This document shows, piece by piece, positions 48,563-57,498 of a stretch of 64,000 nt of DNA; position 1 is the first letter of the stretch; the number at the start of each line of letters is the position of its first letter. Origin of the DNA: an uncultured Gammaproteobacteria bacterium (lineage in GTDB: Bacteria; Patescibacteriota; Microgenomatia; UBA8517); contig CAYSAY010000004.1 of assembly GCA_964429215.1 (NCBI GenBank), forward strand, positions 8,421 to 72,420, in the 5' to 3' direction. The notes below the pieces were generated by a model. It was given only the letters and a program-made list of their open reading frames with translations, was not told where the DNA came from and did no database searches. Both the position numbers and the translations under genes were made by a program.

Positions 48563-49818
48563 ATATAGTTAAATTCTTCAGTGTGGATTCGACCATTTTT
48601 AATACCAAGTTGTAAAAGTTGGGAACGAAGTGTGTTCATGAAGTTGATTGGTCCACAAATAAAAAATTCTGCTGAATCAAAGTTTTTTGAATTTTCCTTG
48701 ATGTAACTAGCCGTGATGTGTCCCATGTCTTTACTAAAAAACGGCTTTAAGTTTACATTTTTAACAGCAATTCCCAATTTTTCATTCTCATCTTTTAGAC
48801 AATTATATAAATCAATAGAAAAGTCATTTTCACTGGTTATTGCTTTTGACATTCCCACAAATGGTGTGATCCCAATTCCACCTGCAATCCAAACTTGATT
48901 TGGGTTAGGAAAGTAGTGGTATGAAAATCTGCCATACGCGCCTTCAATAAGTGCTGTTGATCCAACTTCTATGTCAGTTAATTTTTTTGTGTAATCTCCT
49001 TCAATTTTTGAAATAATTACCATTTTATTTGTGTCGCTACTAGCAATAGAAAAAGGATGGATTTCGTCTGTCACTTTTTCTGATTTAAAACTAATGAATA
49101 CAAATTGACCAGGGTAATACTCAATCTTTTTATTTACATCTGTGGGTAAAAGTGTGATTTCTACTACTTTTTCGTTTAATTTTCTGACAGTTGAAACGGT
49201 ATAGTTGTATCTTTTAACAAACAACTTAAAAAAGACTGTGCGGTATAAATAAGCAGATATTCCAGAAATGACGACAAACAACATATAAAACCAAAGAGGT
49301 TTAAAACTTGAGATTGTGGATGGTATTAAAAAGCTATGAAAAACTGCAATTAAAAAGACTAACCCTGTAAATTTATGTGACATTTTCCACAAATGGTAGG
49401 GAATTTTGGCAAATAAAGTTAAGATTAATAGTGCAGATATTGAGTAAAGTGAAATTAAGCCTAAATCTACAAAAAAATCTTTGCCTGGAATTATTAAATC
49501 AAGTGCGTAAGTAAAGCTAACTGTAATTCTTGATAAAAAGATTGAAATTGGGTGGATTATCATCAATAAAAATGCATATTTACCAATTTTATGATGTTCT
49601 TTGTAAACAATATTTAGGCCGTTGAAATAATTTTCAATAATTGCAAGCCTTGCTGACAAAAATAAGTTAATAGAATACATTGTAAGTCCCACAAGTCCTG
49701 TAATTTGGCCAATGGAAAGTAAGACTGAATAGAAATCGCTAAAATAGACAGAAATTGGTAAATGCGCAAAAATCCAAAGTAACACTGGAATAATAGAAAT
49801 TAAGGCAACAATGACCAT
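48559..49818 (-). CDS. ferric-reductase / NADPH-oxidase-like flavocytochrome (6-TM heme domain plus FAD plus NAD(P)H domains)
   Basis: Paired His in TM helices (HHKIGKYAFLLMIIHP, HLWKMSHKF...AVFH), FAD motif HPFSIASS, NAD motif IAGGIGITPF, CGP motif FFICGPINF. Confidence 0.75.
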   Translation of the reverse strand: MVIVALISIIPVLLWIFAHLPISVYFSDFYSVLLSIGQITGLVGLTMYSINLFLSARLAIIENYFNGLNIVYKEHHKIGKYAFLLMIIHPISIFLSRITVSFTYALDLIIPGKDFFVDLGLISLYSISALLILTLFAKIPYHLWKMSHKFTGLVFLIAVFHSFLIPSTISSFKPLWFYMLFVVISGISAYLYRTVFFKLFVKRYNYTVSTVRKLNEKVVEITLLPTDVNKKIEYYPGQFVFISFKSEKVTDEIHPFSIASSDTNKMVIISKIEGDYTKKLTDIEVGSTALIEGAYGRFSYHYFPNPNQVWIAGGIGITPFVGMSKAITSENDFSIDLYNCLKDENEKLGIAVKNVNLKPFFSKDMGHITASYIKENSKNFDSAEFFICGPINFMNTLRSQLLQLGIKNGRIHTEEFNYI

Positions 49819-49870
49819 ATATTAATAATAGCGTATTTTGATACATAATTTATATTAACTTTCCATAAAT

Positions 49871-49899
49871 ATTGATTAGTACAAAAATTTAATATAAAA
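49871..49899 (+). promoter_or_regulatory. promoter candidate: TTGATT (49871..49876), 17-bp spacer, TAAAAT (49894..49899)
   Basis: Hexamers read from sequence; positioned to drive the T-box leader. Confidence 0.4.
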
Positions 49900-49905
49900 T
49901 GTAAA

Positions 49906-50034
49906 AAGATAAGCGTTTGCATTAGGCTTAGGAACCTAAGAGCTTAGAGGTAATAAAGAGTTAAATGTAAGGGTGGTAACGTCGAAAGACCCCTTTGAGT
50001 ATCAATTAATTTTGATATCCAAAGGGGTTTTTTG
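49906..50034 (+). promoter_or_regulatory. T-box riboswitch leader (antiterminator/terminator) upstream of a small ORF and argS
   Basis: T-box sequence AAGGGUGGUAACGUCG (49969..49984). A1 helix AGGG(49970-73)/CCCU(49991-94) encloses the 7-nt bulge UGGUAAC. A2 hairpin is GUC-GAAA-GAC (49981..49990). Competing terminator follows at 49988..50034. Confidence 0.7.
49988..50034 (+). terminator. rho-independent terminator (T-box expression platform)
   Basis: GACCCCUUUG / loop / CAAAGGGGU stem followed by UUUUUUGUUUUU. Confidence 0.75.
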
Positions 50035-50050
50035 TTTTTGATAAAAATAT

Positions 50051-50278
50051 ATGAATATTAATGACGCAATAAAATTACTTAATAAATTAGCATTACCTAA
50101 TGATGCCAGTGCTGTCATGGAAGACCATCAGGGTGATTTTGTCTTGATTAACACAAAAGGTGAACTTGCCGATGATCAAGCCCAGAAAGAATTTGATGCG
50201 CTTGTTTTCAAAGCTGAACATCCACTTGCACCAAAAGGTTGGAGAAAATGGATATCAAAGAGAGGCAAAGAATTTTAA
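50051..50278 (+). CDS. small hypothetical protein (75 aa)
   Basis: ORF only; lies between the T-box terminator and argS. Confidence 0.3.
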   Translation: MNINDAIKLLNKLALPNDASAVMEDHQGDFVLINTKGELADDQAQKEFDALVFKAEHPLAPKGWRKWISKRGKEF

Positions 50279-50303
50279 TAATATAGTACAATAAATAAAT
50301 AAC

Positions 50304-51938
50304 ATGAATATTAAAAATAAAATTGCAAAAGTCTTAGAAGATGTCACCAGAATTAAAAATCCGAGTGTAGAGTTCACATCTGATGAAAAATTTGGCGACT
50401 ATTCATCCAATGTTGCCTTGAAAAATAAGGATCTGAACATTGATTCGATTGTGCAAAAAATCAATGAATTCAGTAATGATTTTACTGCAGAAAAATTGGG
50501 GAGATTTGTTAACTTTAGAGTTAAAAATGATGTACTAGTTGATAATTTGATGCAGATTGATAGTCAAAAAGAGAACTATGGAAAATCGGACTTTTTGAAA
50601 GGTAAAAAAATAATGTTTGAGTTTGCTCATCCAAATACTCACAAGGCATTCCATATTGGTCATTTGAGAAACATTACAACGGGAGAAGCATTATCAAGAA
50701 TGTATGAAGCAACTGGAACTAAGGTCGTTAGAGCAAATTATCAGGGTGACGTTGGACTGCATATTGCTAAAGCACTATATGGAATAGAAATAAAAGGTTT
50801 TGATGATCCAAAAGATATTAAAAAGAGAGCTGAATATTTAGGAAAAGTTTACGCAATTGGTGCAACAAAGTTTGAAGAGAGTGACATTGATAAAAATAAA
50901 GTCGCAGAAATTAATAAAAAAATATATGACAAGAGTGATGAAAAGATTACTAATTTATATAAAACAACAAGGCAATGGAGTCTAGACTATTTTGCGACAA
51001 TTTATGAAAGGGTCTATGTAAAGTTTGATAGGTTGTATTTTGAGAGTGAAACAGCTGAAAGTGGTAAGAAAATAGCATTAGAAGCACTTAAAAAAGGAAT
51101 TTTAGTAGAAAGTGATGGCGCTATTATTTTTGAAGGGACTAAATATGGGTTACACGACAGAGTTTTTATATCGAGTAAAGGTGTTCCTACATACGAGGCC
51201 AAAGATTTTGGGCTAGTTAAATTGCAACTTAAAGAATATAGCCCTGATAAAATAATACATGTTCTAGGACCCGAACAGCTTGGGTACACTTCAGTTATTT
51301 TTAAGGCACAGGAACTAGCAATTCCGGAAACAATTGGTAAGCAGTTACATCTTCCTTACGGTTGGGTAAAGCTTAAAGAGGGAAAAATGAGTTCGAGAAC
51401 GGGTAATGTTATTCTTGGTGAGTCCATACTTGATCAGGCAAAAGAAAATATATTAAAAAGTTACAAAATAGATGACGTAACTGCCGAAAAAATTGCAGTT
51501 GGTGCGGTGAAGTACTCGTTTTTAAAAAGCGGTTTAGGTCAAGAAATTGCATTTGATTTAAAAGAATCAATATCTTTAGAGGGTAATAGCGGACCATATT
51601 TGCAATACACAATTGCGCGTTGTAATAGTGTTGTTGCTCGTGGTAATGTTGTTAATCTAAACCTTGAACCTTTAACCCTAAACCCTGTGGAGTTATCAGT
51701 CTTGCGTAAATTATCCCTATTTGGTGAGATAATATCGACTGCAACAAAAAATTACTCACCAAACATTCTTTGCAATTATTTATATGAATTAGCCTCAAAA
51801 TATAATACTTTTTACAATGCTGAAAAGATTATTGGTGGAGAAAATGAGGAGTTTAAACTACTATTGACCAAATCAACTGCTCAAGTACTTAAAAATGGAC
51901 TTAATCTATTGGGAATTCAGTCTCCTGAGAAGATGTGA
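50304..51938 (+). CDS. argS: arginyl-tRNA synthetase
   Basis: HPNTHKAFHIGHLRN (HIGH), class I fold, C-terminal anticodon-binding domain, length 544 aa. Confidence 0.95.
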   Translation: MNIKNKIAKVLEDVTRIKNPSVEFTSDEKFGDYSSNVALKNKDLNIDSIVQKINEFSNDFTAEKLGRFVNFRVKNDVLVDNLMQIDSQKENYGKSDFLKGKKIMFEFAHPNTHKAFHIGHLRNITTGEALSRMYEATGTKVVRANYQGDVGLHIAKALYGIEIKGFDDPKDIKKRAEYLGKVYAIGATKFEESDIDKNKVAEINKKIYDKSDEKITNLYKTTRQWSLDYFATIYERVYVKFDRLYFESETAESGKKIALEALKKGILVESDGAIIFEGTKYGLHDRVFISSKGVPTYEAKDFGLVKLQLKEYSPDKIIHVLGPEQLGYTSVIFKAQELAIPETIGKQLHLPYGWVKLKEGKMSSRTGNVILGESILDQAKENILKSYKIDDVTAEKIAVGAVKYSFLKSGLGQEIAFDLKESISLEGNSGPYLQYTIARCNSVVARGNVVNLNLEPLTLNPVELSVLRKLSLFGEIISTATKNYSPNILCNYLYELASKYNTFYNAEKIIGGENEEFKLLLTKSTAQVLKNGLNLLGIQSPEKM

Positions 51939-52475
51939 TTAATTTTTAGGAATTATAGTTTCTCCAACTCTATCAACAACCCTTTGAAGTGGGTTAGTGT
52001 GTCTATTTTCAAGTTGCTCTGCAAGCTTTCTTTCTAAATATGAAACTTCAATAACTTTAAGCATTTCTTCAAGATCAGCATCATTTAGTTTAATTCCTTG
52101 TTTTTCTGCAATCTTGGTTAAAATCTGCAATATTTTTGTAATTTCTCGTTCTGATGTAATATTCACTTGCATATCAATCTCTTCTCGAAGATTACTAATA
52201 AAGCTTTGTCTGTTCTGACTCATAAGAACAATAAGAGTAAGTATGATTGCTTCCAAAGACACAATTGTTGTCATAAGAGGAAATGGAAAGGGATCAAGGA
52301 CTGGAAGCCCAGGAATTTTACCCATATTCATCATTATCCAAAATATAAAAAATAAAGTATTAAAAGTTAAAAAGGGGATACTGCCAAATAACGATGTCAA
52401 ATCATCTGCCAAGCGCACTGACCAAGATCTTTTTCTTAGTTCTTTGGCTTCAAATGACTGTATGATTTTGGACAT
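51939..52475 (-). CDS. DUF1003-family membrane protein (start taken at internal Met MSKIIQ; ORF extends to 52577)
   Basis: RKRSWSVRLADDLTSLFGSIPFLTFNTLFFIFWIMMN...DPFPFPLMTTIVSLEAIILTLIVLMSQNRQ matches the DUF1003 pattern. Confidence 0.6.
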   Translation of the reverse strand: MSKIIQSFEAKELRKRSWSVRLADDLTSLFGSIPFLTFNTLFFIFWIMMNMGKIPGLPVLDPFPFPLMTTIVSLEAIILTLIVLMSQNRQSFISNLREEIDMQVNITSEREITKILQILTKIAEKQGIKLNDADLEEMLKVIEVSYLERKLAEQLENRHTNPLQRVVDRVGETIIPKN

Positions 52476-52512
52476 AAGTAGTATATGGTATTTAGTATAT
52501 AGTATATAGGGA
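52476..52512. repeat. left inverted-repeat arm (GTAGTATATGGTATTTAGTATATAGTATATAGGGAGG) flanking the second four-helix-bundle gene
   Basis: The reverse complement of 52887..52925 reads GTATGTAGTATATAGTATATGGTACATAGGGGGAAC. Confidence 0.5.
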
Positions 52513-52532
52513 GGACAAAACAATAATACAAA

Positions 52533-52886
52533 ATGATAACGAAATTTACAGACTTGATTGCATGGAAAGAGGCACATAAATTAGTTTTAATGTCATATAA
52601 ATATTTGAATAAATTTCCAAAAAATGAAACATTTGCGCTATGTGATCAAATAAGAAGGTGTTCAGTTTCGATTAGTGCAAATATTGCAGAAGGATTTTCA
52701 AGACATGGTAAAAAAGAAAAGTCACAATTTTATTTTATTTCAAAAGGTTCATTAACTGAACTTGAGAATCATTTTTTAATTGCAAAAGATTTAGATTATA
52801 TTGATATTACAGAACTTAGAAACATGCAGGAACAAATGGAGCACGTTGGCAGGCTATTGACAGGATTAGTTCGTTCGGCAATTTAG
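52533..52886 (+). CDS. four-helix-bundle protein (TIGR02436-like), second copy
   Basis: IAWKEAHKLVLMSYKYLNKFPKNETFALCDQIRRCSVSISANIAEGFSRHGKKEKSQFYFISKGSLTE family signature. Confidence 0.8.
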   Translation: MITKFTDLIAWKEAHKLVLMSYKYLNKFPKNETFALCDQIRRCSVSISANIAEGFSRHGKKEKSQFYFISKGSLTELENHFLIAKDLDYIDITELRNMQEQMEHVGRLLTGLVRSAI

Positions 52887-52925
52887 CAGTTCCCCCTATG
52901 TACCATATACTATATACTACATACT
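52887..52925. repeat. right inverted-repeat arm of the four-helix-bundle cassette
   Basis: gcagttccccctatgtaccatatactatatactacatact, reverse-complementary to the left arm. Confidence 0.5.
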
Positions 52926-52934
52926 GTTTATACA

Positions 52935-54215
52935 ATGAATTATCATAAATCTATACTTAGTAACGGTCTTCGAGTAATCACAATTCCAATGCCTTCCCTT
53001 GAATCTGTAACAGTATCGGTGTGGATGAAAACAGGTTCAAGAAATGAAAATAAAAATAATAATGGGGTAAGTCACTTTTTGGAACATATGTTTTTTAAAG
53101 GAACAATTAATCGTCCAACTGCCAAACAAATTGCAGAAGAAATTGACCAAATCGGAGGGGTCCAAAATGCGGGAACTTCAAAAGAATATACAGAATATTA
53201 CATCAAGTGTCGTGCAGATAAAATTGAGATAGCATTTGATCTGCTCTCTGATATGACCCTAAATTCTCTTCTTGATGCCAAAGAAATAGAAAGAGAAAAG
53301 GGGACAATAATTGAAGAAATTAGAATGTATGAAGATACTCCAATGATGAATATCGGGGAAGTGTTTGAAGGTTTAATTTACGAGAATTCGCCACTCGGAA
53401 TGGACATTGCAGGTACAGAACAAACTGTTCAAGGAATGAAAAGAAGTGACTTCCTAAGTTATAGAAAATCATATTATGTACCAGAAAATATGATCATTAC
53501 TGTGGCTGGTGGAGTAACTGAAAAAGTATCAGTACACTTAGCTGAAAAATACTTTTCAAAACTTAAAAATCAAAATTCAAAAGAATTAGACTTTAAACCA
53601 GTATTTGAAAATAAACAGAACGCAACAAAAATAAAGTTGCATAACAAAAAGAAAGAGCAAACTCATGTCATTTTAGGTTTCCTTGCAGATGGTAAAAATT
53701 ACAAATTTAAATATGCTCAGACTCTACTTGCCACAGTTTTAGGTGGGGGAATGAGTTCCAGAATGTTTACAGAGGTAAGTGAAAGAAGAGGTTTGGCATA
53801 TTCAATTAGAACATCAATGGATAGATACACTGATTGCGGATACATGGGAACATATGCCGGTCTTGATACTAAAAGAGCAGAGGAAGCAGTTAAAGTAATG
53901 CTTGATGAACATTACAAAATCACCGATCACCGTTCACAGATCACAGTTCACGAGTTGGCCAAATCCAAGGAGTTCTTAAAGGGTCATTTAGCCTTGGCTT
54001 TAGAAGATACCAGTGATGTATCGGGCTTTTTTGGAGATCAAGAACTATTTAGTCAAAAAGTTTTGACACCTGAAGAAGTGTTTAAATTAATTGACAAAGT
54101 AAACATGGACGAAGTAAATTTCGAGGCAAAAAGATTGTTTGTTCCAGAACGCCTAAACCTTGCAATTATTGGACCATATGAAAACGATGAAAAATTTAAG
54201 AAAATTTTAAAATAA
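52935..54215 (+). CDS. M16-family zinc peptidase (insulinase/pitrilysin-like)
   Basis: HFLEHMFFKGT inverted zincin motif HxxEH, downstream Glu region, ~420-aa two-domain length. Confidence 0.85.
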   Translation: MNYHKSILSNGLRVITIPMPSLESVTVSVWMKTGSRNENKNNNGVSHFLEHMFFKGTINRPTAKQIAEEIDQIGGVQNAGTSKEYTEYYIKCRADKIEIAFDLLSDMTLNSLLDAKEIEREKGTIIEEIRMYEDTPMMNIGEVFEGLIYENSPLGMDIAGTEQTVQGMKRSDFLSYRKSYYVPENMIITVAGGVTEKVSVHLAEKYFSKLKNQNSKELDFKPVFENKQNATKIKLHNKKKEQTHVILGFLADGKNYKFKYAQTLLATVLGGGMSSRMFTEVSERRGLAYSIRTSMDRYTDCGYMGTYAGLDTKRAEEAVKVMLDEHYKITDHRSQITVHELAKSKEFLKGHLALALEDTSDVSGFFGDQELFSQKVLTPEEVFKLIDKVNMDEVNFEAKRLFVPERLNLAIIGPYENDEKFKKILK

Positions 54216-54217
54216 AT

Positions 54218-55195
54218 TCAACTAAACTTCTTTTTAATAATTTCCACGGCTTCATCAGTATCAATGTGTTCCAATTCATTATGGAGTTCTTTGTCTGTTA
54301 ACACTTTTCGTACATTTTCAGAAGATACACCGGCTGATAATAATCTTTCAGCAAGTTTTGCTTCACCTTTTAAGAAATCTATTGCAAATGGAACATGTAA
54401 GAAATTATCTATCTCAAATAGTGCTTCAGTTGGCCCTGCAGATAAATGCATTATGTTATTTTCAATCCCAACTTTTTTAAATCCATAATCACTAGATTTT
54501 GCAAAAATTGAACCACGGATAGAGTCGGGGAGTGCCTTTTCAGGAAATGTGCTTCCTAGCATCTCATCACGAAGTTTTGCCCATGGAGTGTCTGAAGTAA
54601 CAAGCATGACACCAAGATTCCTGTCAGATTCGGTGTAGTGAGCTAATTGATGTGGGTGGAAGCCGTCAACGACTACCGTTTCTTCACCATTAATTGTCAT
54701 TGTCCTAACATAGAAACCACTTTTAACCTTTTCAGACTTTGTTTCAAGCCAGTAATTGTCAAAATCATATGTATTTTTTACTCCTGCTATCTCAAAGGCT
54801 TCATGACCACCCAAAATCTTAGTGTTTTTATTTGTAATTCCAAGTGTTTTAAATACCAAATCTTTTTCTTCATCAGATAGTATTTTGGATGCGTTTTTTG
54901 AAAGAGTGTTAATTACGCCATAATGCCTGTCCATTATTTGAAACTTGCCTACTGCAGATCCAGGAAATAGGGCAGTACCGTCTACCGTTACTTCATACTT
55001 TTCAAGTTTTTCAAAAACAAGCTTCATTATTTTTTCTATTTGTTCAGGTTTTTTATCTAGGAATACTTCAGGTTTAAAAAATGCCAAAAGCTGATTCTTT
55101 TTGTTAGTTTTAAGCTTGAAGTCCGTTAGAATAGTGGGATTTATTTTGTCTTTCCCTAGTGAATTAACAAACGAATCAATTATTTTCCTGCTCAT
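54218..55195 (-). CDS. hypothetical protein with distant nucleoside-diphosphate-kinase-like features
   Basis: FFKPEVF...DRHYGV and NNIMHLSAGPTEA loosely resemble NDK motifs; weak. Confidence 0.25.
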   Translation of the reverse strand: MSRKIIDSFVNSLGKDKINPTILTDFKLKTNKKNQLLAFFKPEVFLDKKPEQIEKIMKLVFEKLEKYEVTVDGTALFPGSAVGKFQIMDRHYGVINTLSKNASKILSDEEKDLVFKTLGITNKNTKILGGHEAFEIAGVKNTYDFDNYWLETKSEKVKSGFYVRTMTINGEETVVVDGFHPHQLAHYTESDRNLGVMLVTSDTPWAKLRDEMLGSTFPEKALPDSIRGSIFAKSSDYGFKKVGIENNIMHLSAGPTEALFEIDNFLHVPFAIDFLKGEAKLAERLLSAGVSSENVRKVLTDKELHNELEHIDTDEAVEIIKKKFS

Positions 55196-55239
55196 ACAGT
55201 TATTTTAACAGAAAAAAATAATTTTACAGCGGACAAGGA

Positions 55240-55467
55240 TCAGCTTTCTACTTTTGCATCAATTTCATTTTTAATATCTGTTGGCATACTTGGCTCACAA
55301 CCATTACCTCGATATGGACAACCACCACAAACAAACAATAATATAGGTGCTGCAGGCACTCCTGAATTCTCCATAATTATTCCTTGTCTACCTTGTCCTG
55401 TAATACTGAAACCCATTTTTAAAAGCGGACATTTTTCTTCAAAATTGCTGCAATTTATTTTTTCCAT
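55240..55467 (-). CDS. small Cys-rich protein (CGGCPYRGNGCEP)
   Basis: 75-aa ORF with clustered cysteines, possible metal-binding ribbon. Confidence 0.3.
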   Translation of the reverse strand: MEKINCSNFEEKCPLLKMGFSITGQGRQGIIMENSGVPAAPILLFVCGGCPYRGNGCEPSMPTDIKNEIDAKVES

Positions 55468-55508
55468 GGAGGAATTATACAGATAATTTGGTCATAATTG
55501 TATTATGC

Positions 55509-55538
55509 TTGACAAGTTGTATACAGTTTAATTATAAT
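55509..55538 (+). promoter_or_regulatory. promoter: TTGACA (55509..55514), 18-bp spacer, TATAAT (55533..55538) for the abiE operon; likely near-leaderless
   Basis: Consensus hexamers read directly; ATG at 55547. Confidence 0.55.
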
Positions 55539-55546
55539 ATACAAAA

Positions 55547-56086
55547 ATGTATATCATGAAAAAACTTAAATCATTATTTCAATCAGAACAGAAATTATTT
55601 CATACGCAAGACTTAGCTTTAATTTTAGGAATAACTAATAGGCATAATTTAAGGATGACTATTTCTCGATACATTAAAAATGGTTATTTACAACCAATAT
55701 ACAGGGGGTTATATTCGACTGTTCCCATAGATGATTTAGAGAAGTTTCAATTAGGAATGTCTTTGATTCATAAATATTGTTATGTAAGTTTAGGATCTAT
55801 CTTTGAAATTCATGGCGTAATTAATCAAAAAGTTTATTCCGTGAATTTCGTTTCGTCAGTTTCCAAGAAAATTGAATTTGATGGCAAATTATTTGTTTAT
55901 CGACAAATGAATCCACAATTTTTACTTAACGCTGAAGGAATAACATTGGAAAATGGAATATATAAAGCAAGTTTGGAAAGAGCTGTTGCAGACAGCCAGT
56001 ATTTTAATTTAAGTACTTATTTTGATAGTCCAGATCTGATAAATTGGGATAGAGTAGCAGAAATAAAAGCAATAATAGGCTATTAA
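55547..56086 (+). CDS. AbiEi-family antitoxin / transcriptional regulator (type IV TA)
   Basis: N-terminal wHTH region with FHTQDLALILGI...RYIKNGYLQPIYRGLYS typical of AbiEi; upstream partner of AbiEii. Confidence 0.7.
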   Translation: MYIMKKLKSLFQSEQKLFHTQDLALILGITNRHNLRMTISRYIKNGYLQPIYRGLYSTVPIDDLEKFQLGMSLIHKYCYVSLGSIFEIHGVINQKVYSVNFVSSVSKKIEFDGKLFVYRQMNPQFLLNAEGITLENGIYKASLERAVADSQYFNLSTYFDSPDLINWDRVAEIKAIIGY

Positions 56087-56091
56087 AAAAT

Positions 56092-56814
56092 ATGATATCA
56101 GATAAAAAAACAGATATATTACACAAATTTCAGTTGCAACAGCTATTAACAGCCGTTGTAGATGACCAATATATATCGCAACATGTTTGTTTTAAAGGTG
56201 GAACTTGTGCTGAAATGTCAGGATTTTTGGATAGGTTTTCAGTTGATTTAGACTTTGATCTCATTGATAGTATTGACGAAAAATTATTTAGATCTCGTGT
56301 TAGTAAAATTGCCACAAAACTAGGTTTAATTGATGATAATAAAAACACAATATCACTTTTTTTTAATTTCAAATACAAATCCGTTGCCAACCAGAGAAAC
56401 AAAATTAAATTTAGTTTTTTTCAAAATTTGGTAATTTCAAACGATTATGAAGCTAGATTTTTACCTGAAATAAATAGAACTGTAATGTGCCAAACCATTG
56501 AAACCATGTTTGCTAATAAACTAGTAACAGTAATAGATAGATATAACAGGCACAAAGAGGTGGAAGGTCGTGATATTTACGATATTCATTATTTTTTCTC
56601 ACAAGGTTATAAATATAAAGAAGAAATAATCAAAGAAAGAACTGGACTTGAAGTTTCTGTATACTTTAAAAAATTAATTGATTTCATAAATATTAAAGTG
56701 ACCCAAAAAATGATTGATGAAGATTTAAATATGCTTTTACCTTTAGAAAAGTTTAATAAAATAAGAAAAATATTAAAACAAGAAACTCTCCTGTATCTTA
56801 GAAATTGTATCTAG
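56092..56814 (+). CDS. AbiEii/AbiGii-family nucleotidyltransferase toxin (DUF1814)
   Basis: CFKGGTCAEMSGFLDRFSVDLDFDL matches the FKGGTAL...RfSeDlDf signature. Confidence 0.8.
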   Translation: MISDKKTDILHKFQLQQLLTAVVDDQYISQHVCFKGGTCAEMSGFLDRFSVDLDFDLIDSIDEKLFRSRVSKIATKLGLIDDNKNTISLFFNFKYKSVANQRNKIKFSFFQNLVISNDYEARFLPEINRTVMCQTIETMFANKLVTVIDRYNRHKEVEGRDIYDIHYFFSQGYKYKEEIIKERTGLEVSVYFKKLIDFINIKVTQKMIDEDLNMLLPLEKFNKIRKILKQETLLYLRNCI

Positions 56815-56886
56815 TCGGAATGCTGGGAATTGAACCCAGTGTCTCTTCGTCCCGAACGAAGCGTGATACCGATTCACTACATTCCG
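56815..56886 (-). tRNA. tRNA-Pro (anticodon CGG)
   Basis: Reverse complement folds as acceptor CGGAATG/CATTCCG, D-arm GTGA-ATCGGTA-TCAC, anticodon stem CTTCG/CGAAG with loop TTCGGGA, T-arm CTGGG-TTCAATT-CCCAG, discriminator A; CCA not encoded. Confidence 0.8.
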
Positions 56887-56962
56887 AAGCGATGCGAGGA
56901 ATGCAAGCTATGCTTACAGTCCCTGCTAATAGTGGACATTAGTATTCTACCAAATCTGAAGC

Positions 56963-57457
56963 TTAGTTACTCAAATCAACTTTTACTCGTACATCAAGCC
57001 TGGAGTTTGGATCATTCATCCAAATTGTAGTAGGTGATATTTTATAAATTCTATATTTTTTACCCTTTAAAACCATAGATTTAATAAAATTAGTAGCAAC
57101 TTTAGTGTTAATCCCACCATATGGATACTTTCTTAAGGCATAAATTTTAGACACTCTTATAGATTCCTTTAAATTTAAAACTTCTGAATTAGCCTCAATT
57201 TGTAAACCTACGCCTTCACCCCATTTTTGCCTTGAATCAAATATTGCACAGGCAACTTTGTTATTAGTACTTAAGTTTGAGCAGTGTCTTGATGTTGGCA
57301 TGGATACAAAATAAATGTTCCAATTTTCATCATAACAATAGACAACAGGGGAGATCCAAGGAACCCCTTTTTTATCAGCACTGGCAATTGTTACATATTG
57401 ATTCTTTTCAACAATCTTCCTTGCCAGTTTATTTAAATCGCTAATTTGTTTTGTCAT
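56963..57457 (-). CDS. pyridoxamine 5-prime-phosphate oxidase-like FMN-binding family protein
   Basis: YVTIASADKKGVPWISPVVYCYDENWNIYFVS pattern of the PNPOx-like split-barrel family. Confidence 0.65.
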   Translation of the reverse strand: MTKQISDLNKLARKIVEKNQYVTIASADKKGVPWISPVVYCYDENWNIYFVSMPTSRHCSNLSTNNKVACAIFDSRQKWGEGVGLQIEANSEVLNLKESIRVSKIYALRKYPYGGINTKVATNFIKSMVLKGKKYRIYKISPTTIWMNDPNSRLDVRVKVDLSN

Positions 57458-57498
57458 GGAGGTACTTTATTTTATTTAGCTGAAAGTGTAAAATTGTT

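Noticed and set aside
52243-52509. ORFs 52167..52355 and 52243..52509 on the plus strand
   Set aside because: They are antisense to the DUF1003 gene and have no features.
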